From assembly GCA_973895155.1 (NCBI GenBank), contig OZ316891.1, positions 17,015,651-17,079,650 of the forward strand: a stretch of DNA of 64,000 nucleotides. The letters run 5' to 3'. A program made the translations under genes and the position numbers. How positions within the stretch are numbered: position 1 is the stretch's first letter; each line of letters begins with the position of its first letter. The notes beneath the pieces are model-generated. The model saw only the letters and a program-made list of their open reading frames with translations, was not told where the DNA came from and searched no databases. Source of the stretch: Marsupella aquatica. Its lineage: Eukaryota > Plantae > Marchantiophyta. Of the stretch, positions 1-13,400 are shown piece by piece.

Positions 1-1998
1 GAGGGGAAATGAGAGGAGCACAGCAAGTTGTGGGACTCCTTAAGGAATGCTTCAACTTTTGTTGGAGCGTACAGGATTTCAAGGGATATTGATTTATGGT
101 GGAGATCTGGGAACTATGTTACAGGAAAACTTCGGATGCTCCAAGGCTGGCTTTCGTGGTGGGTTGTCCGATGGTGTCAATGGGGAAATTTTATTCGTCT
201 GGTGAGTTTCTTAATCATATTTGTTCCTCATAATTGACATTAATACCAGCGCTCGGCGCTAGCATTACTAAGTCATTCTTCGGATTACCCAGGACTGTTA
301 TTCCGTTCTATTTGTGAAATTATTTTGATCATATTCATGGTAGCGCCCGGCGCTAGTTTACTCGTAGCTTTATAATATGATACTGTGGCTCATAATCATA
401 GTTGACGCTGTTTGGATATTGCTTTATTTAATATGGTTTCAAATACACATTTCCTTAACATTGCTCCTATGTTTAATCCAGGACAAAAGTGTCAAAGAAA
501 GTGCTATGATTCCCAACTGTACAACTTCGGAAGCGGCCCATTCTATAATGAAAGCTTGGCAAACAAAGAAGAAAGCTGGTCTATTCGAAGCTTGTGAGAT
601 GGATCAAAACAGAGCATTGTCGCAAGTTGCGGCATATACAGCCTATCGGAGGGGGCTAAATCGTGGTAAGGGGCCTACGATATGGGAATTGGCATTCCGT
701 TCTACAGATCAAGCTGGTTCTTCCAAACTTTTCCAAGATGCTTCTAATATGCTCCTTTTCGGTGCGGCTGAATTCAACCTGGAAAGGAATGCCCCACTGA
801 ATGGGGATGTTATGACAAAGTCCATGAAGAGGAAAGGACAAGCCACAGGGAACGTCTCTGCACAAGACTCCCATCGGCATGACACTATTCTGGTAACATC
901 GCCAAATACTCGTGGTATGAAGAGAAAAAATTTGAATAGGGAGGAGTTCTCCCTGTTGAGCAGACTCCTCCTGTCTGTGAGAATGTTGTGGTGGATATAT
1001 CTGATAGTGATATCGGAGAAGACATTGATTGGACTACTCCACCTTGGAGGAGAACCACCAGGTCTTGTTTGGATCCGCGAGCTGCACCTCCCACTTGTGA
1101 ACGGCCTTTCAATCAGTCGTTAGTGTTGGAGACGGATGTCCGACCTGGTGAATGGCACCTACGAAGAACGACCAAACATGGAGCAGGCCCTCAATGTAAT
1201 GGATCGTTGGGTGGGAGATCAGATCGAGATGAATGTCGCAATCGTCTGAAAAAGGTTGGGTACCCGTCAACAGATGGAGTAGTTGGCATTGTTGTGAAAG
1301 GTCATTGTATATTCAGGGGAGAACCACATCCTGAAATGATTTGGTTTTGTGCGAACAATGCTTGCTATAAGAGTTGGCCACGTCGTAATGTCGTGAATCT
1401 TCCACCATTTCCCTATACGCTTCCTGTTCTGAAAGGGACTAACCTTTCTGAAGCAGAAGTCCAATTCTTGACGGAGAAAGGGGTCCAAATCGGTCGTGAG
1501 GCCGGAACTCAGCATGTTCCATCTCCGTTTGAGTTGCGAATCAATGTAAATGTTTTCCCTGAGAAAATCAATCTCCTAGAGCCAAATATTCGCCTTCGGA
1601 GTAGAAATGGGAAGAATACAATCCCACGATCAAATCTTTCACAAGGTCACTACACGAGAATTGAATCTGCCAGCAAGGAGCCCATGACCCTAATTCGGCA
1701 GTGCGATGTTTCCAACGGGAACTCTTGGGGAAAACAATTTCAAATCCAAACCCATGAGAAACTCCGAACTGCAAAGACGTACTGGATGCAAATTTGCATT
1801 TTCCCGTGTTGTTCTTGTGAGGACTTCTATCATCGCCATTCCCATGGAAGACCCTACATGCCTTGCAAGCACCTATACTGGGTGTATACCAACGTCCTCA
1901 AACTTGATGTCGTGGATTCAACACTGGCTAGTCAGCCGATTCTCACTGTGGGGGAGATTAGGCTCATTCTTGCACGGCAGAATGCTCTGAATTTATAG
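1..1998 (+). pseudogene. Mutator-like transposase, copy A1 (3' part: end of DDE core plus SWIM finger), one intron at 202-481
   Basis: WLSWWVVRWCQWGNFIRL|GTGAG...ATCCAG|DKSVKESAMIPNCTTSEAAHSIMK (third catalytic E region) and C-terminal SWIM CSCEDF..PCKH. Frameshift near 940. Colinear with the copies at 40600-44417 and 15695-28958. Confidence 0.8.
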
Positions 1999-2663
1999 GG
2001 GAGATATTTAGGAACGTTGAACGGCTCCTATCTTGTTTGTCGCATATGCAAGTTTTATTTCCTTTTTTTATACCAAACACTCTTTGCATTTTCATAACAT
2101 ATTGGTCGATTTTTTATTCTGACTCTGGTTAGCGTCGGGCACTACTTTGAATTGGTCAAACCTATTTGGGTGGTCCAATGTGTTTCAGATTGTATAATAC
2201 ACTATATGTTTGTTTCCTGAATCTAAGGCAAGATTGATACGCGGAAATATAATATGGGTAGCGCCAAACGCTACTATACTCTGATGATACTCCACTCATA
2301 ATGTTGTATGTCATGTTGGAATATACGGAGCTTGAAGGCATTACTATTTCATTTAGTTGTACCCATTGGTATAATGTATTAATGTAAATATGATGGCGAT
2401 AGTTTTGAACATGTACATTTTTTAAAAATGAGGCTCATCTTATTATTTTTATCAGGGTGGGACCCACAATATTGACTCACGCATATTGTCAGTACTATTA
2501 TAGTCAGAACTAGCGGGTAATTTGTACAGCAAATCCTGGCTACCATGTCTATCCTTGGGACCGTAAAATGACCCTAAAACCTAATGAGTTTCTTGGTACC
2601 AGAAACTGTTTTGCTGTTAACAGGATTCCTGGTTTGCTGTTTCCTGTCTCGGTGGCCATGCCC
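1..2663 (+). mobile_element. Right part of DNA transposon copy A1; ends at the conserved terminus CTGTCTCGGTGGCCATGCCC (2644-2663)
   Basis: Terminus resembles the reverse complement of GGGTATAGCGACGGAGACAG at 40001 and 60526. Contains four TAGCGCCNGGCGCTA-type palindromes (247, 341, 2130, 2259). Confidence 0.65.
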
Positions 2664-2669
2664 ATAGTC

Positions 2670-3775
2670 TGTACCTAGGAAAGTCTACTGGCAAAATCTC
2701 AGAGTTTTCTGACTTATATTTAGGAAGTTAAAAATAGTTGAATTCGCTAAGTCTTCAAGTATACTGCATTACGTTTTTACTAGTTTACGAGTTACTAGTT
2801 TACTAATTACGAGTTCCGATAGACAGGCGATTACGAATTTACTAGTTCACAGCTTTTACTAATTTACAAGTTTACACTTAGCCAGTTTTCCGGCTTTTCA
2901 CTAACTGAATCGTCATTTTAACTTTTTGAGGAGTATGAAGAGGCATGTCTCTTCGACCCTATGACCTCTCACTCTGTAGATTTTTACTATAAGACCCCTC
3001 CACCACTAGTGTAGTGGATGGTAAAGTTATGCATTTTTGCCTCTTCTTTGTGTTAAACTAGTTGATCATGAATCTATGAGTTCGAGATCAGGTTTAACAT
3101 TTGGAAAGACTTACCTCCTTCTTGTGTTTTTTACCCCTAATTTTAAACACAGGAAGTAAAATTCCTTTTGTGCAAATATTTGGATGTTGTGATGATAGAT
3201 TCCTTTTTGGTGATTCATTGCAATCTCGTGAGTTCTTAGAGTTAACTCATTGAGTTTAAGCCTTACTGAAATCGATAGATTTTCTTTCATGTTGCTTAGT
3301 ACCATCTAAATGTTGAAGTAGTCACTCTTTTAGATCTTGTCTGAGTACCCCTTAGAAAGAAAAGACAAGACGTGTTGACGGCACTTTAAAAGAGTAATCT
3401 AGTAAGCATTTTAGACCTGAAAAGCAATATGGATTTGAATCCTTAAGTCTTTTCATTTTGACTTATGTCTAAGGAGCAACCTTGGTCAATTCCAGACTCC
3501 CTTAGCATACTTTAAGATATTTTCCCTTGTGTTTTGTTAATCATTCCCTTTTCAATAATTTATGGTTATACAATGCTGAGTTACCATTAAAAACTACTCA
3601 CCGCTGTGGAGCGATCTTCAGAATACCTTAGTAAAGTAATCAAACTTGATTACTATGTGTGGAAAACATTTTAAGTCTATTATTGTTGTTTAAATCTATC
3701 AAACCAACCCCATCTTGTTCTTTACGGGAACGAATACCAAGTTTGAAGCCCATTAAGTGTGTTTTTGGTTCTTCA
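2670..3775. repeat. AT-rich non-coding repeat, possibly an LTR fragment; short TTAC(G/T)AG iterations at 2770-2890
   Basis: Abruptly replaces the LINE RT at ~3770, has no credible ORF and contains short tandem iterations. Ends not resolved. Confidence 0.25.
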
Positions 3776-5136
3776 TAGCAAACTACATTCTTCAAAAGCA
3801 TTCTCAGATGCAGGGATAAACATCCCCACATCATCCGCAAACAGTCTGTAACAAATAGTGAGATCAAGCGAGATCTGCAAGCCACACAGTCTACCCGCTG
3901 CCAGCTCTGCATCAAGAAAATCCATGAGTGGCTACGTGGAAATCACAAACAGCAATGGTGATAAAGGGCAGCCCTGTCTTACCCCACGCTTGAGCTCAAA
4001 TGTGTTTGTTAGTAAGCCATTCACCAAGGCACGTGAGGATGCCTAAGCCAACAACGCTCTTACCAGAGTGATGAAACGTCCGCTTATCCCTAGCAGCTGC
4101 ATACATTCCCATATATATTCATGCAAAACACGGTCAAAAGCCTTCTCAAAGTCTAGTTTCAGAAACAATGCCTCTCGTCTCCTTTTGTGAACCCAATCAC
4201 AGGCAAGCCAAGCAAGGGAAATGTTTTCTAATATGTGGCGTCCAGGGACAAATCCAGTTTGTTGCGGACTGATTATCAAGTGTAGGATAGGTTTTAATCG
4301 CAAGGCAAGGATCTTGGCTATTAGCTTGTATATAGTATTTAGCATTGTCAATGGGCGCCAGTCACGTAAGAAGCACTTGTCCGGTTTCTTGGGTATGAAT
4401 TTAACAATCCCTTCACAAATACCAGCATCGAGGGCACCTGTAAGCCAAAATTCCTGTATCATATACACTAAATTCTGACCAATAAAACCCCAACATGCTC
4501 TATAAACCTCAGCTGTCATACCATCAGGCCCCGATGTTTTATCACTTGGCAAGAGCCACAGCACATCCTTCACCTCTTGGTATGTTGGGAGCTTCTCCAT
4601 CTTTAAAATGTCCTCTCTTGAAAGGGCAAACCTTGTGTTGCTGAGCAGTCTATCGCGAGCCAGACGTCTCTCTTCAGCCTCCGCTTCGGAAAAAGGCTCA
4701 GGTGAGTACAGTGTTTCACAAAACTCTTCAACCTCCTTCAAAGTCATTCTCGGGTCAGAGATCGTACTCCCATCCACCCTGCTCAAAGAAGACATAGCCT
4801 CCCTGGATCTCTTGGCTTTCACTATGGCAAAGAAAAATTTAGTGGATTCATCTCCTTCCCCCAACCACTTAACTTTGGCTAGCCTGCATCCTTTGTGAGC
4901 TTCCTCCAGTTCCGCAGCATGCAACGTGTCCTCAGCATCCATGAAATCAGCAATGTCCTCGTCCGAATGATTTTCTAGAATGGCCATCTTAAGTGTCCTC
5001 AATTGAGCTCTCTGAAAAGCCATCTCCACCTCCGTCGTCCTTGGCTTGGCTTGTATCTCCTTAAGAGTTTGTCTCAGTCTCCGGCTTCCATTAGTAAATC
5101 AAATACGCGGGTCTACACAGTTCTCTCTTGACCACT
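3770..5136 (-). pseudogene. L1-like LINE ORF2 fragment (linker plus reverse transcriptase)
   Basis: KWLGEGDESTKFFF, SGPDGMT, DWRPLTMLNTIYK, QTGFVPGRHI, LKLDFEKAFD, GVRQGCPLSP, YRLFADD; stops and frameshifts present. The frame appears to continue (LVINEW|SREN) across the LTR inserted at CCACT. Confidence 0.88.
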
Positions 5137-8100
5137 TACCTCCGGCACCGGTGCAAGTGTCTCAGCATGTCCTTCGGCCAGTACTACTCCTGGCAACTCG
5201 GTTGCCCCTATTGGAGTTGGACTTGAGAAAGCTAAGCACATAAATAGTGCGGCCTGTTTCTTCAGCCGCTCCGTTTGGTTGTCGGCTCGCCACTGTAAGT
5301 TCTCCATCTTCCGCGTGCTTTCCTCCAACTCCTCCTGCAATTCGTCCAGGTCCTTGCGCGCCTCCTCCAGCTCCTTTTGGGCTTCCTCCAACTCTCTCTA
5401 GGCTTCCTCTAGCTCCTTTTTTAAGGTAGCCCTCTCCTCCTGGGTTGCTCTTAGCTCCTTGTCGAGCTCCGTTACGACCTCAGACTCCATTTTATTCATC
5501 TTGGCATAAGTCTGGTCGAGCTGGTCGTCTTTCTCACGGAGGTCAGCCTTGAAGCTGGCCGTCAGGGATGCAAGCTCCTGTCGTAGCACAATAATTGCCT
5601 GATAGGATTTCCCTAACTCGGCCTCCTTCTGCTCAAGGGCTCTACGGCTATCCTCGAGCTCCCCCTTCAACTCCTTCTCCCTTCTCTGGGTCTCCGCCAT
5701 GGCCTGGTTGTTGGCTGCTATGTGGGCCTCCTTTGCGTCTCTCAGCTCTCGCTTCCACTTCTCCTTCTCCTTGATTGCATCAGCCAACTCTCCTTGGGTC
5801 CGAGTCAGTTTATCCTTGATAATCTGATTATCAGACTGCACGGTATCCAATTGCCCCTACATGATGTTTAGCTCATGCCGCTTAATCCGCAGCTCATCTT
5901 GGGCTTTCTTGGCCACCTTCAGGTCTTCTACCTCGGCTTCCCTTGCCCTAAGCCGACGGATGACCTCATCCTTCTTGCTTCTCTCCAAAGCCACCGCTTC
6001 TTCTAATCGGTGCTTCTCCAACATCTCCCTCTGGAAAAAGGGTCCCTGCTCCAACTCCTCCCCAAAGATGCTGAGCGCAAGTTCCCCACACATCTCCCCA
6101 TACTCCATGGCTCTTTCTTTAGCATAGGCGGAGTGAGTAGAAGTCATCGGCATCAACCATTGCGGCCTTTGTTCCCAAGCCGCCTTGCGGATTTCTTCTA
6201 TCGTGGCTGGAGGGTTGCTTCATTTTTTTGCAAGCCGCCTGATGTGTTCTGGCCATTCTCCCCCTAGTAAATCTTTCTCCCTAGCCAGGGCTGCCCTCTC
6301 TTCCTCCGTGAGTCGCTCCTGAAACTCTTGTGCCATCTGTTTTATGCCATCAAAGCTCGGGGAGCGACATCTGGTGGGGGAGACTCGGGGCTGCTCTGTT
6401 GGGTGGGGTCCCCTCGAACTCTCTTGGAAGAGTGGGGATGAACTTGCCACAGGTCCTTACTCCTGGAACATGATGGTCCGACCCGTAGCCGGAGTCATCA
6501 TTGTTGTAGCCTTCTACCGCCTCCCCCGCGGCTTGGACTACCGGCTCCCTCCGCTGCTCTCCTGGTTTTGCCGTGAACACGGCCTCACAGATCACGGGTC
6601 GTGGTTCCTCCTCGGGCTTCCAGGTTGATCTCTTCTTCTCTCTGTCGCGACCAGGAGCTACGGGCTGCTTTTCCTCGGCTTCGGGACTTGAGGCTCCTAC
6701 ATACATTTGGACTCTCGGATCGTGTTCCGGCCTCCCTCTCTCCTTGGCCCCGGTAAAGGGGTTTTCCCTGGTAAGTCGGCTTAGGCCGACTTTGGGAGCA
6801 GTATTCTATACCGGTCCCGTTGTCGTTGCCGTTCTCCTTTCCTTCTCTAGCAATTTCAGCAGATTCTGCATGCCTGGTTGCTGCATCGGCAAGTCTTCCT
6901 TCCTCGGCCTAAACACCTGCTCGATTGTAGGACTGTCGGGCTGGGTCGGTTTCTCTGTTGTCGGCCTCTGTTCCAGAACCTCCTCTGGTGCTCTCGCCTG
7001 CAAGGGAAGTACCGGGGCAAATATATGACTTGGAGCATACCGGCACAACAGCGGCATATGATAGCCAAGCCGGGACACGCTTCCCTTGCCGATCACGTGT
7101 TGTTCCTCCTTCAAGATTTTCTTCAATTGGGTGAGGAGGTATTCGTTGTAGTCTCGGTTGGGGTCTGGCCTCTTTGCCAGGTAAACCTGTGCCTTGCCGA
7201 TCTCTGGCCTTGGCAAGTTGCAATGCATGGTTACCCGCAAGAAATCGATCATCTCCCCAATGTGCGGGTTAGTGCAGGTGTTCCGGAAGAAGCCATTCTT
7301 CATTGATGGCCCTGGGAACGACCAGAACTCCTTGTCAGGCAAGGTCTTCCTGGTATCAACGTTGGTCTTATTGCCCATCGGCAAGCCAAACGCTTTGGCA
7401 ATTACTCAGGGAATGAGATAGAAATCCTTCCCATACACCCTTGTGGAATTGGACTCGGGCTCCCAAGATCCCACAAATTCTAATAAGTCTGAATCCGGCA
7501 CCTCCGGCTTCAGCCATGGTAACTTCACAAAGGCTTCCAAGCCGGATCCGGCCATGAAGCCTTGGTACTTCCGAGTCTGCATAGTCGTAAAGCATGCATC
7601 CTCTTCACGTGCAAAGTGTAATTGCACTTCCTTGGGGAGGGTCGCTGCCCAGTCTTTCCAGGTGTCATCTCTTGTCGGAACGGCATTGATGGGGTCGACC
7701 TCCTCTTCTTCGGCTTCTTCCTGCCTCCTGCTCCCTTGCTCTACTGGCTTCCTTGGTGCCGCCGACCTCGTTCTCTTTGCAGGGGTGGTCTCTTCATTGA
7801 TGTTCCCTTTCCTCTTCATAGCGGCTGCCGTGGATGTTTCTCCTAGCACGGTTGCCTTTGTCCACCCCTCCGTGCTACCCTTCAACTCCCAGTGTATGTC
7901 GTTGCAGCGAGTGATGGCTTCCCGGATGCGGACTATTCTGTCTTCACAAAACAGAAGATTGTCGAGTTTGTTGGCAGTAGGCATCCACAAAAATTCAGCC
8001 GTGATGAGTTCTCCTCCTAAGAAGGCAGACTTTTGCAGCTCCCACAGTCGAGCGAGCTCCTGCCATTCTCGAGAGGCTCTCTCTGATTCTTTGTCCTCGT

Positions 8101-8430
8101 AGGTCCCAATGTACTCAGTTGCCCGTTCTAATAGGCATCCCCAAAAATGAGCAGCTTGATTGACGTTGCTCATACCCTTCTTGAGTTGATTGTCGGTATC
8201 TGCTTCCACCCCAAGTGCTTGCCTGAGCAGCAGACAGTAGTTGGCCTCCCATAGTCGTCTGCTTAGTTCATGCTTGCAAATGAGCCACCATTCCTTGCGA
8301 TCGATCCTTACCCCTCCCTGACTAGTCTTCCTTCCCGTTAGTTACCTATAGCCGCCGGCACTTAGCGCACCCTAACCCTAATTGTGTTCCCTCCCTCGAC
8401 GTTTTTACTTCCGGCCTCGGCTCGGGTTCC
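5113..8430 (-). pseudogene. LTR-encoded PMD/Transposase_32-like plus coiled-coil protein, degraded copy
   Basis: ORF pieces 7406-8209, 6806-7384, 6350-6706, 5857-6156, 5398-5850 and 5113-5391 align to the 10525-14166 protein, with stops at different positions. Confidence 0.8.
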
Positions 8431-8549
8431 ATAGCCACCCTTAATTGTTTATATTTTCCATCTTTTTGCTACTATACTAATGTGTTTCCAGGGTTTACTC
8501 CTTATTTTATCATTTAAACTGGCCTAGTGATTCCTGGCTAGGCATCACA
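5137..8549 (-). mobile_element. 3'-truncated copy of the giant protein-coding LTR
   Basis: Starts TGTGATGCC on the minus strand at 8549 and is colinear with 10410-13737. Flanked by direct repeat CCACT (5132-5136 and 8550-8554). Confidence 0.85.
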
Positions 8550-8869
8550 CCACTCATTGATTACAAGTGGTAGGGGCCACGAGAGGAAGTTGACATGTTA
8601 GCAATTTATTGGCTTATATGTAGTCGTACTCTGATAATGATGAATGCCTAGATTTGACTCATGTCAGAGTCGCAACACTGAAGTACCCATACAAATGCTT
8701 TCATTATTATTACCCCTTCACGCCATAATGTCCTTGGTACGATTGATTCCAGACCAGATAAGATTTCCTATCATTCCTTGGTATTAATGAGTACGATCGT
8801 TCAACGACCGGATTTCATTCCAAAAAATATACAGTACTCGCATGACATGTCAGGCCAGTCTCAACTTCC

Positions 8870-10312
8870 TCATTGTCTCCGAGATGACATCACGCCATGA
8901 CCCATGTCAGATAAGCTCTTCACTTTGACATGTAAAGTCAGGACTTAAGTCGGAGAGGCTCTCCGAGATGACATGTAAAGTGGGGACTTAAGTCGGAGAG
9001 GCTCTCCGAATTGACATGTAAAGTGGGGACCTAAGTCGGAGAGGCTCTCCGAGATGACATGTAAAGTGGGGACTTAAGTCAGAGAGGCTCTCCGAGTTGA
9101 CATGTCATGGAGGACCCATGTTAGAGAGGCTCTCCGAGATGACATGTAAAGTGGGGACTTAAGTCAGAGAGGCTCTCCGAGTTGACATGTCATGGAGGAC
9201 CCATGTCAGAGAGGCTCTCCGAGTTGACATGTAAAGTGGGGACCTAAGTCGGAGAGGCTCTCCGAGATGACATGTAAAGTGGGGACTTAAGTCGGAGAGG
9301 CTCTTTGAGTTGACATGTCATGGAGGACCCATGTCAAAGAGGCTCTCCGAGTTGACATGCAAAGTGGGGACGTAAGTCGGAGAGGCTCTCCGAGATGACA
9401 TGTCATGGAGGACCCATGTCAAAGCCTCTCCAAAATTGAATATTACACAAGATCAGACCTCTGAGAGGCTCTCCAAGATGACATATCAGGTTGGTGATAA
9501 CTTTGGAGAGCCTCTCTGACAAATATTGGGCCTAATCCTTGCTACACACCTGAAGATGGCATCTCGGAGAGCCTCTCCAACATCCCTAAACCCTTCATAC
9601 CTGCGCAAGATGGTATCTCGAAGAGCCTCTCCAACATGGGTCAAGGCTACATACCTCTGCAAGATGGCATCTCGGAGAGCCTCTCCAAGATGAAACTTGG
9701 TGAGATCCGGTGCAAGATCTAATCTCGGAGAGCCTCTCCAAGATGGGTCAAGGCTACATACCTGCGCAAGATGGCATATCGGAGAGCCTCTCCAAGATGA
9801 AACTTGGTGATATCCGGTGCAAGATCTAATCTTGGAGAGCTTCTCCAAGATGGGTCGAGGCTACATACCTCCGCAAGATGGCATCTCGGAGAGCCTCTCC
9901 AAGATGAAACTTGGTGAGATCCGGTGCAAGATCTAATCTCGGAGAGCCTCTCTAACATGGGTCGAGGGTACATACCTGTGCAAGATGGCATATCGGAGAG
10001 CCTCTCCAAGATGAAACTTGGTGAGATCCGGTGCAAGATCTAATCTCGAAGAGCCTCTCCAAGATGGGTCGAGGCTACATACCTCCACAAGATGGCATCT
10101 CGGAGAGCCTCTCCAAGATGAAACTTGGTGATATCCGGTGCAAGATCTAATCTCGGAGAGCCTCTCTAACATGGGTCGAGGGTTCATACCTTCGCAAGAT
10201 GGCATGTCGGAGAGCCTCTCCAAGATGAAACTTGGTGAGATCCGGTGCAAGATCTAATCTTGGAGAGCCTCTCTAACATGGGTTGAGGCTTCCAGATGGC
10301 ATCTAAGAGAGC
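8870..10312. repeat. Tandem arrays built on palindrome ATCTCGGAGAG-S-CTCTCCGAGAT (upstream of transposase B)
   Basis: Units of ~39 bp with centre G (8940-9480), then units of ~45-55 bp with centre C (9500-10310). Spacers are themselves repeated. Confidence 0.92.
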
Positions 10313-10409
10313 CTAATGGATACCCTAAACTTGTTGTCAAAGGTTCTTAATTGTTGGTCCAATAAACTTAGTCACTGTCAATAATAGTTTTCACGCTCAC
10401 AAGGGTACA

Positions 10410-13400
10410 TGTGATGCCTAGCCAGGAATCACTCGGCCAGTGAAGTGGGTAAAGCAGGAATGCACCCTAGAAACACCTTAGTATAGGGACAAAACAAGGA
10501 AAATATAAACAATTAGGGGCGATTATGGAACCCGGGCCGAGGCCGGAGGTAAGGACGCTGGGGGTGAAAACTCGATTAGGGTTAGGGCGCGCTAAGCGTC
10601 GGCGGCTAGGAAGGATCAACGGGAGGAAGGACCGGAAGAGGAGAGGGGTAAGGAGCGCTTGCAGGAGATGGTGGCTCATTTGCGAGCATGAACTAGGCAG
10701 ACGACTACGGGAGGCCAACTACTGTCAGCTGCTTAGGCAAGCACTTGGGGAGAGAATAGATACTGACGATCGACCTAAGGAGGGTATGAGCAACGTCAAT
10801 CAAGCGGCACATTTCTGGGGATGCCTGTTCGAACGGGCAACTGAGTACATCAAAACTTACGAGGACGAGGAATCAGAAAGGGCAGCTCGAGAACGGCAGG
10901 AGCTCGCTTGATTGTGGGAGCTGCAGAAGACGGCTTTCTTAGGAGGTGAACTCATCAAGGACGAGTTCTTGTGGACTCCTACTTCCAATCAGCTCGACGA
11001 TCTTCTGTTTTGCAAAGACAGCGTCGTCGGCATCCGAGAGGCCATCAAGAACTGCAACAACATACACTGGGAATTGAAGGGTAGCATGGAAAGGTGGATC
11101 CAGGAAACGGTGCTAGGAGAAACCTCCATGGCAGCAAAGATGAAGAGGAAGGGAGCCGTCAACGATGAAGCCACCCCGACAAAAAGAACGAGGTCGGCGG
11201 CACCAAAGAAGCCAGCCGAGCAGCAGAGCAGGAGGCAGGGAGAAGCCGAAGAGGAGGAGGTTGATCCCATCAAGGCCATTCCAACCAGGGATGACACCTG
11301 GAAGGGCTGGGCGGCAACCCTACCGGTGGAGGTGCAACTACATTTTGCACGGGAGGAGGATGCATGCTTTACGGCCATGCAGACCAAGAAGTACCAAGGC
11401 TTCATGGCCGGATCCGGCGTAGAGGCCTTTGTAAGATTACCATGGCTGAAGCCGGAAGTACCGGATTCAGACCTATTAGAATTGGTGGGGTCATGGGAAC
11501 CCGAGACCAATTGCACGAGGATATATGGGAAGGATTTCTATCTTACTCCCAAAGTGATTGCCGAAGTGTTTGGATTGCCGATAGGCAATAAGACCAAAGT
11601 TGATACCAGGAAGACCTTGCCTGACAAGGAGTTTCGGTCGTTCCCCGGGCCATCAACGAAGAATGGCTTCTTCCGGAACACCTGCACCAACCCGCACATA
11701 GGAGAGATGATCGACTTCTTGAGGGTGACCATGCATTGTAACTTGCCGAGGGTAGAGATCGGCAAGGCACAGGTCTATCTGGCAGAGAGGCCAGACCCAA
11801 GCCGGGACTACAACGGGTACCTCCTCAACCAATTGAAGAAGATCTTAAAGGAGGAGCAGCAGGTAATCGGCATGGGGAGCGTGTCGCGGCTTGGCTATCA
11901 CATGCCGCTGTTGTGCCGGTATGCCAGAGGTCAGACTTTTGCCCCAGTACTTCCCCTGCAGGTAAGGGCACCCGAGGAAGCTCCAGCACCGAGGCCAGTA
12001 GCAGAGAAGCCTCAACCACCTGTTAGCCCTATGATCGAGCAGGTGTTTAGACCAAGGAAGGAGGACTTGCCGATGCAGCAACCAGGCATGCAGAGTCTGC
12101 TGAAACTACTAGAGAAAGAGAAGAGATCAGCATCGGCAACAGCAACGGCAACGACAACAATGCAGGACACTACTCCAGAGGTAGGCTTACACCGGCTTAC
12201 AAAAGAAAACCCCTTTGCTGGAGACAAGGAGAGAATCAGGCCGGAATCCAAGCCAGGTGTTCGAATGTATGTGGGAGTCTCAAGCTCTGAATCTGAGGCA
12301 GAATTGCCTGAAGCTCCTACCGACAAAGAGGAGAGGGAGAAGCCGGACGTCCAAGAAGTAGAGGAGGCAGTGGAGGACTGCAGCCATGATAACTCCGGCT
12401 ATGGGTCGGACCATCACGTTCCAGGAGTAAGGACCTGTGGCCGGTTTTTCCCCACACTTCCGAGGGTAGTACGAGGGGACCCCAACCAGCAGAGTAGCCC
12501 TGAGTCTCCCCCACCAGATGTTGCTCCCCCGAGCTTTGACGGCATAAAATAGACGACGCAGGAATTTCAGGAGCGAATCAGGCAGGAAGAGGAGGCAGCC
12601 CTGGCTAGAGAAAAGGATTTGCCAGGAGGAAATTGGCCGGAGGACATCAGGCGGCTAGCCAAAAAAGGAAGCAAACCTCTAGCCACGATTGAAGAGATCC
12701 GCAAGACGGCTTGGGAGCAGAGGCCGCGATGGGCGATGCCGATCACTTCTACTTACTCCACCTACGCTAAGAATAGAGCCATGGAGTATGGTGAGATGTG
12801 TGGGGAACTTACGCTCGGCATCTTTGGAGAGGAGTTGGAGGTAGGACCCTTTTTCCATAGGGAGCAGTTCGAGAAGCACCAATTAGAAGAAGCGGTGGCT
12901 TTAGAGAGAAGCAAGAAGGACGAGGTCATTCGGCGGCTTAGGAGGATGGAAGCCGAGATTGAAGATCTAAGGGCGGCCAAGAAAGCCCAAGATGAACTGC
13001 GGATTAAACGGCATGAGCTGAACATCATGCAGGGGCAACTAGACACCGCGCAGGCTGATAATCAGAATATCAAGGATAAACTGACTCAGACGCAGGGAGA
13101 GTTGGCCGATACGATCAAAGAGAGGGAGAAGTGGAAGCGAGAGCTGAGGAATGCAGAGGAGGCCCACATAACCGCCAACAGCCGGGCCATGGCGGAAACC
13201 CAAAGAAAGGAATGGGCGTTGAAGGGGGAGCTCGAGAAAATCCGCGGAGCCCTTGAGCAGAAGGAGGCCGAGTTAGGAAAATCCTATCAAGGGATTATGG
13301 CGCTGCAGCAGGAGCTTGCATCCCTGACGGCCAGCTTCAAGGCCGACCTAAGGGAGAAGGACGAGATGCTCGATCAGACTTACGCCAAGATGAATCAGAT

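Noticed and set aside
8870-10312. CRISPR-like array (palindromic repeat plus spacers); likewise 26415-27240 and 29035-29605
   Set aside because: Spacers are short and themselves repeated, there are no cas genes, and the context is eukaryotic.
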